From positions 9,362,001 through 9,426,000 of the forward strand of contig NC_135901.1 of assembly GCF_964194155.1 (NCBI RefSeq): a stretch of DNA of 64,000 bases, read 5' to 3'. The DNA comes from Cetorhinus maximus. Its lineage: Eukaryota. Both the position numbers and the translations under genes were made by a program. This document shows, one piece after another, positions 23,621-34,075 of the stretch; position 1 is the stretch's first letter, and each line of letters opens with the position of its first letter. Below the pieces are notes generated by a model that was not told the origin of the DNA, ran no database searches, and saw only the letters and a list, made by a program, of their open reading frames with translations.

Positions 23621-25183
23621 ATGGTCCTGCCATGGCAAGGTCGGGATGGAAGGGCGAAAACCAATCGCAATCCGAATTCATACCGTGGGTTACCTATCAC
23701 CGTCCGAGTCACGGTGAACCACAGCGACGAAGGAGGATCACCTATGGATCGGGGCTTCTTCACCAGGAGGATCCTGTTGAAGGCGTGCGGCTTCCAAGCT
23801 ACGGAGATCTTCACCCTGCACGACTCCCGCAAAGGTGGTTATTTTGACGTCACGTTCAAGCAAGTGGCAGACTGCGTCCGGCTCCTGAGGGTGTTCGAGG
23901 AGAAGAGAGACCTGCCGGAGATGAAGATCCTGACGGCGGAGCCGCACTTTTCTCTGCCGTTGCAACGGGAACGTGAGGTGATGGTGCATGTGTACAACCC
24001 CTTCGTCCCTGTCGCCGATGTGGTCACCTTCCTCACCAGGTACTTCGATAAGGTGGGGAGCGGCACTGAGATTCGAGACGACTTGGGGATCTGGACAGGC
24101 AAACGCCTGTTTAAGGTCACGCTAAAGACCGATGGTAAGGGAGCCATTTTCCACCCTCCTTCCAGTTTCGCTATCGGGGGAAACCGTGGCTACCTGGTCT
24201 ACGCTGGGCAACCCAAGCATTGTCGCTCATGCGGCAAGGCTGGTCATGTGGCGGCCAACTGCAGCGCCTCCCTCTGCAAGATCTGCAAACAGGAAGGGCA
24301 CCAGACAAAAGACTGCAAACAGGCCAAGTGCTGCAACCTGTGTGGCGAGGCAAGTCACCTCTACAGGACCTGCCCCAAACGCTGCCGTACTTACGCACAG
24401 GCAGCCAAAGCCGACCACGGGGAAGCAGAAGAAATGTTCCGTGTCACTCCAACCACCAAGGCCCCCAGGGAGCTCAACGGGACAAAGGAGGACACAGAGA
24501 GAGACAAGGTGGAGAAAGAGATTGAGGCAACAGAGAGCCAATCAACAGCACCACCCCCTGAACCTTCCAGTCCTCAGGACAGCGAATCAATGGAGGAGGA
24601 GGCAGCAGTGGAAAAGCAGCAGGGGGAGTGGTGGACGGTGAAGAACAAGAAAAGTAAGAGGGAGCGAAGAAGAAGCAAAGGCGTTTCCCAGAGAAGCGGC
24701 AAGAGGCGTCTCCCATCCGACACGGATGACAAGGGCAGCAGCTCTTCGGATGAGGAAGTGCCAGAGCGGCACCGACAGAAGAGGCGGCAAAGCTCCAGGG
24801 CGTTGGAGGACGAGACACCCGAGCTCCAGAAAATTGGAGACAACAAGGAGACCAACGCACCCCAACTTTGCCTGCAACCTGAGGAGGCCAGTGCACCACA
24901 GCCCCTGGAATCTGGGAGCAGTGAGGCAATCATCGCACCCCAGCTCCAGGAAGCCGGGAACAGCAACCCCCCAGAGGGGGTGAGTTTTGGAGAAGCTTCT
25001 CCAGCAAAGGTCATCTCAAAATCCGCTCACTACGTGAACCTCCAGATGCCACTGGAGCAGAACACGGCCAAGGAGATCTACCTCAGCCCATCCAAAGTGA
25101 AGGAATTTGAGCTCACTACGGGTATGAAGGAGCAGACTAAAGGTCTGGGACTCTCAGAGACAGTGGGTTTGGTAGGAGAATAA
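23621..25183 (+). CDS. Tx1 ORF1p (ZCCHC3-like N-terminal domain, 3 CCHC knuckles, charged low-complexity tail)
   Basis: 520 aa; CRSCGKAGHVAANC, CKICKQEGHQTKDC, CNLCGEASHLYRTC; strong Kozak context accATGG. Confidence 0.93.
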   Translation: MVLPWQGRDGRAKTNRNPNSYRGLPITVRVTVNHSDEGGSPMDRGFFTRRILLKACGFQATEIFTLHDSRKGGYFDVTFKQVADCVRLLRVFEEKRDLPEMKILTAEPHFSLPLQREREVMVHVYNPFVPVADVVTFLTRYFDKVGSGTEIRDDLGIWTGKRLFKVTLKTDGKGAIFHPPSSFAIGGNRGYLVYAGQPKHCRSCGKAGHVAANCSASLCKICKQEGHQTKDCKQAKCCNLCGEASHLYRTCPKRCRTYAQAAKADHGEAEEMFRVTPTTKAPRELNGTKEDTERDKVEKEIEATESQSTAPPPEPSSPQDSESMEEEAAVEKQQGEWWTVKNKKSKRERRRSKGVSQRSGKRRLPSDTDDKGSSSSDEEVPERHRQKRRQSSRALEDETPELQKIGDNKETNAPQLCLQPEEASAPQPLESGSSEAIIAPQLQEAGNSNPPEGVSFGEASPAKVISKSAHYVNLQMPLEQNTAKEIYLSPSKVKEFELTTGMKEQTKGLGLSETVGLVGE

Positions 25184-25193
25184 ATGCTTTAAT

Positions 25194-28100
25194 ATGGGTT
25201 TAAAGATTGTATCCATAAATGTGCGTAGCATTAAATCTACTACGCGATGTGTTGCGACCTTGGACTACCTAGCCAAGGTCAAAGCTGACCTGTTGTTTCT
25301 GCAGGAGTGTGCGATACCGCACCTCAGCTCCTACAGGCAATGGTCACGATGGTGGTCCCACGGGCCATCGATCTGGTCGGGCGGAAACGACTCTCGTTCC
25401 TCCGGCCTGGGTATTCTGCTGCGGGGAGGCAACTTCACCGTCTCCGAGGTCAAGGAGGTGGTGGGCGGGCGACTCCTGGTAGCAGACGTAATGTACAAGA
25501 ACGCTCCACTCCGGTTAATTAACGTGTACGGCCCGGCACAAGGGGCTGAGCGGCTGGAGGTTTTTCAGCAGCTCCCACTGCTGCTGGCGACCTCCAGGCC
25601 GGTCATTCTGGGCGGGGACTTCAACTGCATCATCGATGCGGCTGGACGATCCGGCAGGGCCGGAAGCAGATTGGACGCTACGTCCAGATCCCTGATGGAA
25701 ACAGTTAAGGATGCCAAGCTGCACGACGTCTTCAGCAACCCTGCAGACGGAGCGCAGCGTAGATACACCTGGTCGCGGCCAGACGGGTCCATTCGTTCCA
25801 GGATAGACTTCCTGTTTGTGTCCCGCGCATTCACAGTCAGATCCACCGAGGTCAAGCCAGTGTTCTTCTCTGACCACTGCCTCCTACTGGCGGACTGCCA
25901 CTTGGAGGAAGACCTGAGGGTGGGCAGGGGGGCATGGAAGCTAAATGTGCAACTGCTGACCCCAGAGAACATTGAGGAGCTCAAGAGGGATTACAAAGGT
26001 TGGAGAACCGTGAAACCCCTCTTTGAGTCCCTGACACACTGGTGGGAAGTGATCAAGGGAAGCATCAAGAGGTTTTTCATCCTCAAAGGCACCCAGAAAG
26101 CTAGAAAGGAACAGAGGGAAATGTCCCGACTCCAGGAAAAGATGCAGAATCTGCTCCGGCTGCAGTCGATGGGGGTCGATGTCAAGGAGGAGCTCCAAGA
26201 GGTGAAGGGCCAGCAAGCCTCGCACTTTGCCTCGGAGGCCTCCAAGATCATCTTCCGTTCCAGAGTCCGCTCCGTGGAGCAGGATGAGACGTGCTCACGT
26301 TTCTTCTTCCAAAAGGTACACAGAGAGCGCTCTGTGATCAGCAGCCTGAAGGAAGAAGACGGCTCAGTAAAGTCATCACGGTCCGACATTCTGAGGATCA
26401 GCAAATCCTTTTATGCCGGACTGTATGACGTGAAGCCCACGGACAGCACGGCCTCCCAGTCCTTCCTGTCCTCTATCACGGAGGTCCTAGACCACAGTAC
26501 GCGGGAGAGCCTAGACAAACCGCTAACTCCTGACGAACTGACTAAGGCCCTCGAGTCCTTCGAGAAGAGTAAAACCCCCGGAAGCGACGGCCTGCCGGCG
26601 GAGTTGTATTCGGCTCTGTGGGACTTGATCGGCCCAGACCTGCTAGAAGTGTACGAGAGTATGCTCCTGGCCGGCAGCATGTCAGAATCCATGAGGAAAG
26701 GCATCATCACCCTCATCTACAAGCACAAGGGGGAAAGGGAGGAAATTAGAAATTGGCGACCCATTTCACTGTTGAATATGGACTATAAGATTCTGTCCAA
26801 GGTCATCGCCAACCGGGTCAAATCCGCTCTGGAATTGGTGATTCACCCTGACCAGACCTGCTCTGTGCCAGGCAGGAAGATCTCTGACAGCCTGGCGCTG
26901 CTCAGGGATACGATTGCCTATGTACAGGACAGGGGTGTGGATACCTGCCTCATCAGCTTGGATCAGGAGAAGGCCTTTGACAGAATATCGCACACCTACA
27001 TGGGGGATGTGCTCTCCAAAATGGGCTTTGGGGAGGGAATTCGAAATTGGATCCAACTGCTCTACACTAACATCAGTAGCGCAGTCTCAATCAATGGGTG
27101 GGAAACAGATAGCTTTCCGATTAAATCTGGAGTCAGGCAGGGCTGCCCTCTCTCGCCTGTCCTTTTCGTGTGCTGCATAGAACCCTTTGCCGAGTCCATC
27201 AGGAAGGATCCGGGCATAAGAGGAGTGACGATCCCAGGCAGTGGAGGCACTCAGGTAAAAGCCTCCCTGTACATGGACGACGTCGCCGTCTTCTGCTCGG
27301 ATCCGCTGTCGGTGCGCAGACTGATGCACGTCTGCGACCAGTTCGAACTGGCCTCGGGAGCCAAGGTAAATCGTGGGAAGAGCGAGGCCATGTTCTTTGG
27401 GAACTGGGCTGACCGATCCTTTGTCCCCTTCACTGTCAGGGCTGACGGCCTGAAGGTGCTGGGGATATGGTTCGGAGGGACCGGGGCATGCGTTAGAAAC
27501 TGGAAGGAGCGAGTGGCTATGGTGAAAAGGAAACTGGGCATGTGGGAGCGACGCTCCCTCTCCATTGCGGGTAAGAACCTGGTCATCAGGTGTGAGGTAC
27601 TCTCGCTGTTGCTGTACGTGGCGCAGGTCTGGCCCATTCCACACTCCTGCGCGATGGCGATCACTCGAGCCATCTTCCGCTTTATCTGGAGGTCGAAAAT
27701 GGATCGTGTCCGCAGGGACGCGATGTACAAGCCTCTAGATAAAGGGGGAAAAAACGTGCCCAACATCGCCCTCATACTGATGGCCACCTTTGTGTGCGGC
27801 TGCATCAAGCGGTGCGTAGACCCTCAGTACGCAAACACCAAGTGTCACTACGTGCTGAGGTTCTACCTGTCCCCGGTGTTGCGAAGGATGGGTCTGGCCA
27901 CGCTGCCGCGGAACGCTCCAAGTAGTTGGACCGTGCCGTACCACCTGTCCCTGGTGGAAAAATTTATGCAGAAAAACACCTTTGACCACAAGTCCATCAG
28001 GCAGTGGTCAGCACGTAACGTCCTAGAGGCCCTGAGGGATAAGGAGAGGGTGGACCCTGTGGGATGGTTCCCCGAGCAGACTGTCAAAGTCATTTGGCAG

Positions 28101-28601
28101 AATGCCTCATCGCCAGAACTTTCCAACAAGCACCAAGACGTAGCTTGGCTGGTGGTGAGAAAGGCCCTCCCCGTCAGATCCTTCCTACACGCCAGGAGTC
28201 TCACCCCCTCTGCACGATGCCCTCGAGGTGGCTGTGGTGGGGAAGAGACCGTTGTTCACCTCCTTGTGGATTGTGCCTTTGCAAAGAAAGTCTGGAGAGA
28301 GATGCAGTGGTTGCTGTCGAGGTTCATCCCGAGCAGTTCTGTGACACAGGACTCTGTGCTCTACGGGCTGTTCCCAGGGACACACACCGAGACAAACATC
28401 AACTGCAGCTGGAGGATCATCAACTCGGTGAAAGACGCGCTTTGGTCTGCCCGAAACTTGTTGGTCTTCCAGCACAAAGAGTTGTCCCCGACCGATTGTT
28501 GCGGACTGGCACAATCCAAAGTCCAGGACTACGTGCTGAGGGACGCACTAAAGCTTGGGGCAGCTGCCGCAAAGGCGCAATGGGGAAGGGTCGCTGTCTA
28601 A
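25194..28601 (+). CDS. Tx1 ORF2p (APE endonuclease, reverse transcriptase, C-terminal zinc finger)
   Basis: 1135 aa uninterrupted; SINVR, LQE, GGDFN, RIDF, SDH; WRPISLL, LDQEKAFD, GVRQGCPLSP, YMDD; CPRGGCGGEETVVHLLVDC. Confidence 0.96.
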   Translation: MGLKIVSINVRSIKSTTRCVATLDYLAKVKADLLFLQECAIPHLSSYRQWSRWWSHGPSIWSGGNDSRSSGLGILLRGGNFTVSEVKEVVGGRLLVADVMYKNAPLRLINVYGPAQGAERLEVFQQLPLLLATSRPVILGGDFNCIIDAAGRSGRAGSRLDATSRSLMETVKDAKLHDVFSNPADGAQRRYTWSRPDGSIRSRIDFLFVSRAFTVRSTEVKPVFFSDHCLLLADCHLEEDLRVGRGAWKLNVQLLTPENIEELKRDYKGWRTVKPLFESLTHWWEVIKGSIKRFFILKGTQKARKEQREMSRLQEKMQNLLRLQSMGVDVKEELQEVKGQQASHFASEASKIIFRSRVRSVEQDETCSRFFFQKVHRERSVISSLKEEDGSVKSSRSDILRISKSFYAGLYDVKPTDSTASQSFLSSITEVLDHSTRESLDKPLTPDELTKALESFEKSKTPGSDGLPAELYSALWDLIGPDLLEVYESMLLAGSMSESMRKGIITLIYKHKGEREEIRNWRPISLLNMDYKILSKVIANRVKSALELVIHPDQTCSVPGRKISDSLALLRDTIAYVQDRGVDTCLISLDQEKAFDRISHTYMGDVLSKMGFGEGIRNWIQLLYTNISSAVSINGWETDSFPIKSGVRQGCPLSPVLFVCCIEPFAESIRKDPGIRGVTIPGSGGTQVKASLYMDDVAVFCSDPLSVRRLMHVCDQFELASGAKVNRGKSEAMFFGNWADRSFVPFTVRADGLKVLGIWFGGTGACVRNWKERVAMVKRKLGMWERRSLSIAGKNLVIRCEVLSLLLYVAQVWPIPHSCAMAITRAIFRFIWRSKMDRVRRDAMYKPLDKGGKNVPNIALILMATFVCGCIKRCVDPQYANTKCHYVLRFYLSPVLRRMGLATLPRNAPSSWTVPYHLSLVEKFMQKNTFDHKSIRQWSARNVLEALRDKERVDPVGWFPEQTVKVIWQNASSPELSNKHQDVAWLVVRKALPVRSFLHARSLTPSARCPRGGCGGEETVVHLLVDCAFAKKVWREMQWLLSRFIPSSSVTQDSVLYGLFPGTHTETNINCSWRIINSVKDALWSARNLLVFQHKELSPTDCCGLAQSKVQDYVLRDALKLGAAAAKAQWGRVAV

Positions 28602-29129
28602 GACCTTTCTACCACAGCGCACCGAGAGACTGGGAACTGTTTAGAGCCCCTCGGGCTGTACAGATCAAAATGAAAGGCTGTAAATGACTGTAATATTGTT
28701 TGTACTGATGCACCTGGTGATACATTTTGTAAAAGTTTAACCTGGATTGTACCCTTGTAATGTTGTTTTTGAAATGGTTTGGAATGTGATTGAAGATTTT
28801 TATGAATAAAGTATATTTTTACAAAAAAAAAAAAAACAATCCTCTGGACATCCAGCTCTCCACTGCAAGGAGGATATGAAGATGGAGGACATTGACACTG
28901 ACAACGGGGAGACAGTTGCCAATGGCTGTGTCCTCTGGAAGCTGACTGCTTGGCAGGGCCTTGGAAGTGGTGTGAAGAAACGGAAAGCTCAGCTGGCTGA
29001 GATGAGGGCCCAGAGCAAACAGAGGCCATTGAATCCTGCACCTTCTCAGCCCACTGCCTTTATCTTCAGCACATGGAGCAGAGGCCTCCATGACTGTGTA
29101 GGGCCCTCAGCCACACCAGGTTATGCTTA

Positions 29130-29880
29130 ACACAGAGTTCACCACCACAGCACAAACCATCCCTTAACATTCAATGGCATTACCATCATTGAATCCCCCA
29201 GTCTCAACATCCTGGAGGTTACCATTGACCAGAAACTGAACTGGACTATCCATATAAATACTATGGCTACAACAGCAGGTCAGAGGCTAGGAATCGTGCG
29301 ACGAGTAACTCACCTTCTGACTCCCCAAAGACTCTCCGCCATCTACAAGGCACAAGTCAGGAGTGTGATGGAATACTCCCACTTGCCTGGATGAGTGCAG
29401 CTCTATCAACACTGAAGAAGCTCAACACCATCCAGAATAAAGCAACCTGCTTGATTGGCACCCCATCCACCACCTTAATCATTCACTCCTTCCACCACTG
29501 ATGCACAGTAGCAGCAGTGTGTGTTCCATCTACGAGATGCACTGCAGCAACTCACCAAGGCTCCTTTGACAGCACCTTCTAAACCCACGACCTCTGCCAC
29601 CTAGAAGAGCAAGGGCTGTGGACACATGGGAGCACCACCACCTGGAAGTTCCCCTCCAAGCCACTCACTATCCTGACTTGGAAATATATCACTGTTCCTT
29701 CACTGTCGCTGGGTCAAAATCCTGGAACTCCTTCCCTAACAGCACTGTGGGTGTACCTATACCACATGGACTGCAGCGGTTCAACAAGGCAGCTCACCAC
29801 CACCAGCTTCTCAAGGGCAACTAGGGATGGGCAATAAATGCTGACCCAGCCAGTGAAGCCCATGAAGGAATAAAAAAAAA
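29130..29880 (+). mobile_element. CR1-group LINE 3' end
   Basis: Decayed LNILGVTIDQKLNW..IYKAQVRSVMEY, then the common tail ending gcaataaatgctg...aataaaaaaaaa. Confidence 0.8.
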
Positions 29881-30259
29881 TCATCTCAGGAGATGGAAGA
29901 CTGCCAAAGATAAACACTTCTCAGAACAAGTATTTTGTATCTGTCTTGATGGTTGAAGACACCTAAAGCATCCCAAGAATAGTAGAAAATCAAATGGCTA
30001 AAGGGAGGAAGCAACTAGAGAAAAACTACTAGGAAAACTATTGGGAATAAGGGATAACAAGTCTCCTGGACCTGATGGCCTGAGCGTCTTAAAGGAAGTG
30101 GCTACAGAGAAAGCGGATGCGTTGGTTGTAATCTTTCAAAACTCTCTAGATTCTGGAAAGATCACAGCAAATTCGAAAATCAGAAATGTAACGCCATTAT
30201 TGAAGAGAAGGAAGGAGACAGAAAGCAGGAAACTATAGACCAGTTAAGGTGTCTCCTCT

Positions 30260-31012
30260 AGCGGTCTCCTCTACATTGGAGAGACCAAACGCAAACTGGG
30301 CGACCGCTTTGCCGAACACCTGCGGTCTGTCCGCAAGAAAGACCCAAACCTCCCTGTCGCTTGCCATTTTAACACTCCACCCTGCTCTCTTGCCCAAATG
30401 TCTGTCCTTGGCTTGCTCATTGAGGAACAGCACCTCATCTTCCGACTAGGCACTTTACAGCCTTCCGGGCTGAATATTGAATTCAACAACTTTAGATCTT
30501 AAACTCCCCCTCCCCCCATCCCCACCCCGTTTCTTCCCCCTCCCTTTTGTTTTTTTTTCAATAATTTATATAGATTCTTCTTTTCCCACCTATTTTCATT
30601 ATTTTTAAATCTACAACTAATACCTTGTTAGTCTTTCCACCCAACCCCCACTAGAGCTGTACTTTGAGTGTCCTGTCTTCCATTCTTAATTAGCACTTTT
30701 CTCAAATAATATCACCACCTTCAACACCTCTTTGATCCTTTTGTCTGTGACATCTTTTGATTATCTGCTCCTATCACTGCTTGCTTGTTCCTACAACCAC
30801 CCCACCCTCAACTTCTCTCCCCCCGCCCCCCCCACCTTAAACCAGCTTATATTTCACCCCTCTCCTAACTATACTTCAGTTCTGTTGAAGGGTCATGTGG
30901 ACTCGAAACGTCGACTCTTTTCTTCTCCACCGATGCTGCAAGACCTGCTGAGTTTTTCCAGGTAATTCTGTTTTTGTTTTGGATTTCCAGCATCCGCAGT
31001 AGTTTTTTGTTT
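30260..31012 (+). mobile_element. 5'-truncated Penelope-like element (same family as 2583-3656)
   Basis: LYIGETKRKLGDRFAEHLRSVRK; 3' region closely similar to 2920-3650. Confidence 0.88.
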
Positions 31013-31019
31013 TATCTCT

Positions 31020-31170
31020 GTGGGGCCGGGGCCTGGGCTGGTGACTGACGTGCATCCCGACCAATAGCGAGAGCGCGGGCAAAGGCTGAAGGACCGAGTG
31101 GGCGGCAGGTCCTCCGTTGAGTACTCATTGTGACGTCAGCACAGGACGCGGTCTCAGTCCGGAAGCAAAA
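31020..31170 (+). promoter_or_regulatory. promoter-like relic homologous to 22915-22990
   Basis: ggtgactgacgtgcatcccgaccaatagcgagag...ggtcctcc; also a CRE (tgacgtca) and an ETS site (ccggaag). Confidence 0.4.
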
Positions 31171-32246
31171 TCCTGCAGATGCTGCAAAAGCTGAAATAAA
31201 AATCGCGAGTGCTAGAAATGCTCAGCAGGTCTGGCAGCTTCTGCAGGGAGAGAAACAAGGTCAACCTTTCAGCTCCAGAAGTTAGAGAGGTGGGGTAAAA
31301 AACAAAAGAGGGCAGGTCTGTGGAAGGCAGGAGAGATTATTCAGCGAAAGGGATGATGGTGCAAGGCAAAATGAGATGGTGATAAAGAACATAGAAAAAT
31401 TCCCAACACTGGAGAAGGCTTTTCTGTATCTAACCGGTGCTTTACCTGTTCTGGGGAGTTATCGACCTTTATCCTCCACTTAAACAATCTCCTGCTATTA
31501 CATATCCAACTTCCATCAAGCTTAACCCTTCATTTATACCTCCGTAACATCACTCGTCTCCTCCCCCGTCTCAGCTCATCTGCTGCCGAATATCTCATCC
31601 ACGCCTTTATCACCTCCAAACTCGACTATTCCGACACCCTCTGGCTGGTCTCCCACATTCTGCCCCCTGTAACCTTGGGTCATCCAAAATTCTGTCACCC
31701 TATGTCTTAACTCACAGACAGACCCTCCATCTCCACAACCCCCTCCTCTAATTCTGGCCCCCTGTGCATCCCCCATTTCAATCACTGCACCATTGGTGGT
31801 CGTGCCGAGAAGCCCTAGAATAGACTGCACGGCATGATGGGAGAAGGGAGAGAAACTGGAGAAAGATGTGAGTTCAGGGCTCAGGTAAGGAGGAACTTTG
31901 GAGACAGTTTGGCCCGGTGCACTAGTATAAGGGAGGGAAGCAGCAGAGGCAGCTGATTGGATTGTTTCAATCTTAGTGACAAGGAAATTCCATGATCTCC
32001 TCATACTTGTTGGAAGGTGAGGATGGAGGAGACGGGGAGTGAGAGAAACCTTCGAAAGTAATTAACTTGTGTTAGAAATATTAGAAAGATTCAACACAAT
32101 GTATTCAACACAAAGCTGATTTATTTGACTTTTATCTAAAATATTAGCCCATGTAACTGTGTTGGAAATTATTAACATCAGTAGAAACAGACCCAATGAA
32201 CACGGTTCAGTCCTCTGTGATTTCCAGCAAAACCCAATCACTCTAG

Positions 32247-33368
32247 TTACTTATGAATTCGCCGGTGTCTCATTAGGTTGGATGATTGTGTGAATCTCTT
32301 TCCACACTTGGGGCAGATGAACGGTCTCTCCCCAGTGTGAACTCGCTGATGTGTCAGTAGGGTGGATGACTGAGTGAATCCCTTCCCACAGTTGGGACAG
32401 GTGAACGGCCTCTCCCCGGTGTGAACTCGCTGGTGTACAGTGAGATCAGATGATGTCTTGAACCCAGTCCCACACTGAGAGCACCTGAATGGTCTCTCGT
32501 CAGTGTGAATACGTTGATGGCGCATCAGTTCCCCAGAACTCTTAAAACAGTTTCCGCAGTCCAGGCATTTAAAAGGTCTCTTATCAGTGTGAACACGTTG
32601 ATGGGACATCAGCTCCCTGGACTTTTTATAGCACTTTCCGCAGTCTGGGCATTTAAAAGGTCTCTTATCAGTGTGAACACTCTGGTGATTCAGCAGGGTG
32701 GATAACTGAGTGAATCCCTTTCCACAGTCAGAACAGGTGAAAGGTCTCTCTCCAGTGTGAACTCGCTGGTGTGTCAGCAGGTTGGATGACTGAGCGAATC
32801 CCTTCCCACAGTCAGAGCAGGTGAATGGCCTCTCGCCGGTGTGAACTCGCTGGTGTTCAGTGAGTTGAGATGACTGTCTGAACCCAGACCCACAGTGCAA
32901 GCACCTGAATGGTCTCTCGTCCGTGTGAACACGTTGATGGAGCATCAGGTCCCGGGAACTTTTAAAGCACTTCCCACAGTCTGAACATTTAAAAGGTCTC
33001 TCGTCAGTGTGAACTCGCTGGTGTGTCAGCAAGTCAGATGACCGAGCGAATCCTTTCCCACACTTGGAGCAAGTAAATGGTCTCTCCCCAGTGTGAACTC
33101 GCTGGTGTCTCAACAGGTTGGATGACTGAGCGAATCCCTTCCCACAGTCAGAGCAGGTGAATGGTCTCTCACCTCTGTGAACTCGCTGGTGTCTCAGCAG
33201 ACTGGATGACTGAGTGAATCCCTTCCCACATACGGAGCAGGTGAATGGCCTCTCTCCAGTGTGACTGCGTCGATGAGTTTCCAGGTCAGATGGAAATCTG
33301 AATCCCTCCTCACAGTCTCCACATTTCCACAGTTTGTCTCCACTGTGAACGGTACTTTTTCCTTCCAT
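32247..33368 (-). CDS. C2H2 zinc-finger protein ZNF-E, 13 intact fingers
   Basis: ATG at 33368 ([19 protein letters not shown]); all 13 CxxC/HxxxH motifs intact; acceptor tttcacag| at ~33479. Confidence 0.92.
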   Translation of the reverse strand: MEGKSTVHSGDKLWKCGDCEEGFRFPSDLETHRRSHTGERPFTCSVCGKGFTQSSSLLRHQRVHRGERPFTCSDCGKGFAQSSNLLRHQRVHTGERPFTCSKCGKGFARSSDLLTHQRVHTDERPFKCSDCGKCFKSSRDLMLHQRVHTDERPFRCLHCGSGFRQSSQLTEHQRVHTGERPFTCSDCGKGFAQSSNLLTHQRVHTGERPFTCSDCGKGFTQLSTLLNHQSVHTDKRPFKCPDCGKCYKKSRELMSHQRVHTDKRPFKCLDCGNCFKSSGELMRHQRIHTDERPFRCSQCGTGFKTSSDLTVHQRVHTGERPFTCPNCGKGFTQSSTLLTHQRVHTGERPFICPKCGKRFTQSSNLMRHRRIHK

Positions 33369-33723
33369 GTTCAAAATCCGATGATATTCTGGTTACAACA
33401 AATTGGGCGACTCTCTCAGATTCTGATGTGATGTTTGGTTTGAGTTTCCTGACTGAAAAATTCTCCCCTTCTAATATCCTGTGAAATTGATTTAAAACAG
33501 AAAAAAAGGGAGTGAGAGAGAACCCACAGAAACACAAAGGCAGGTTGTGAAATTGAACTTAATGATTCTGGTAATTTTTGGGGCCAGAACTAGGAAAAAA
33601 TTACCATGAAAGCTGTCGGATTTTTTGTAAAAACCCAACTGGTTCATTAATGTCCTTCAGGGAAGGGAACCTGCCTCCAGTCTGGGCTACACAAGACTCT
33701 GGCCTCTATGAGAACACTAGGGG

Positions 33724-34075
33724 AAGGCGGTGGCATAGTGGTTTTGTCACTGGACTGGTAATCCAGCGATCCAGGGTAATGCTCTGGGGTCCCGGGTTTG
33801 AATGCTACCACAGCAGATGGTGAAATTTGAATTCAATAAAAATCTGGAATTAAAAGTCTAATAATGACCATGAAACCATTGTTGTTTGTCGTCAAAACCC
33901 ATCTGGTTCACTAATGCCCTTTAGGGAAGGAAATCTGCTGTCCTTGCCTGGTCTGGCCTACATGTGACTCCACATTCACAATGCGGTTGACTCCTAAATG
34001 CCCTCTGAATAAGGGATGGGCAATAAATGCTGGGCTAGCCAATGACACCCACATCCAATGAATAAAGAAAAAGAA
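33724..34075 (+). mobile_element. tRNA-headed SINE with CR1-group LINE-like tail
   Basis: ggtggcatagtgg (A box) ... gggtttgaat (B box); tail agggatgggcaataaatgctgg is shared with the LINE at 29820. Other copies at ~55985-56292 and ~60500-60760. Confidence 0.8.

Larger units (their letters stand above)
23571..28836 (+). mobile_element. full-length Tx1-clade (L1 group, Keno-like) non-LTR retrotransposon
   Basis: Two intact ORFs, AATAAA at 28805, A14 tail 28823-28836, TSD aacaatcctctg at 23559-23570 and 28835-28846. Confidence 0.95.

Noticed and set aside
23738-28687. Many overlapping alternative-frame and antisense ORFs in the Tx1
   Set aside because: Expected in GC-rich intact coding sequence; no recognisable motifs.
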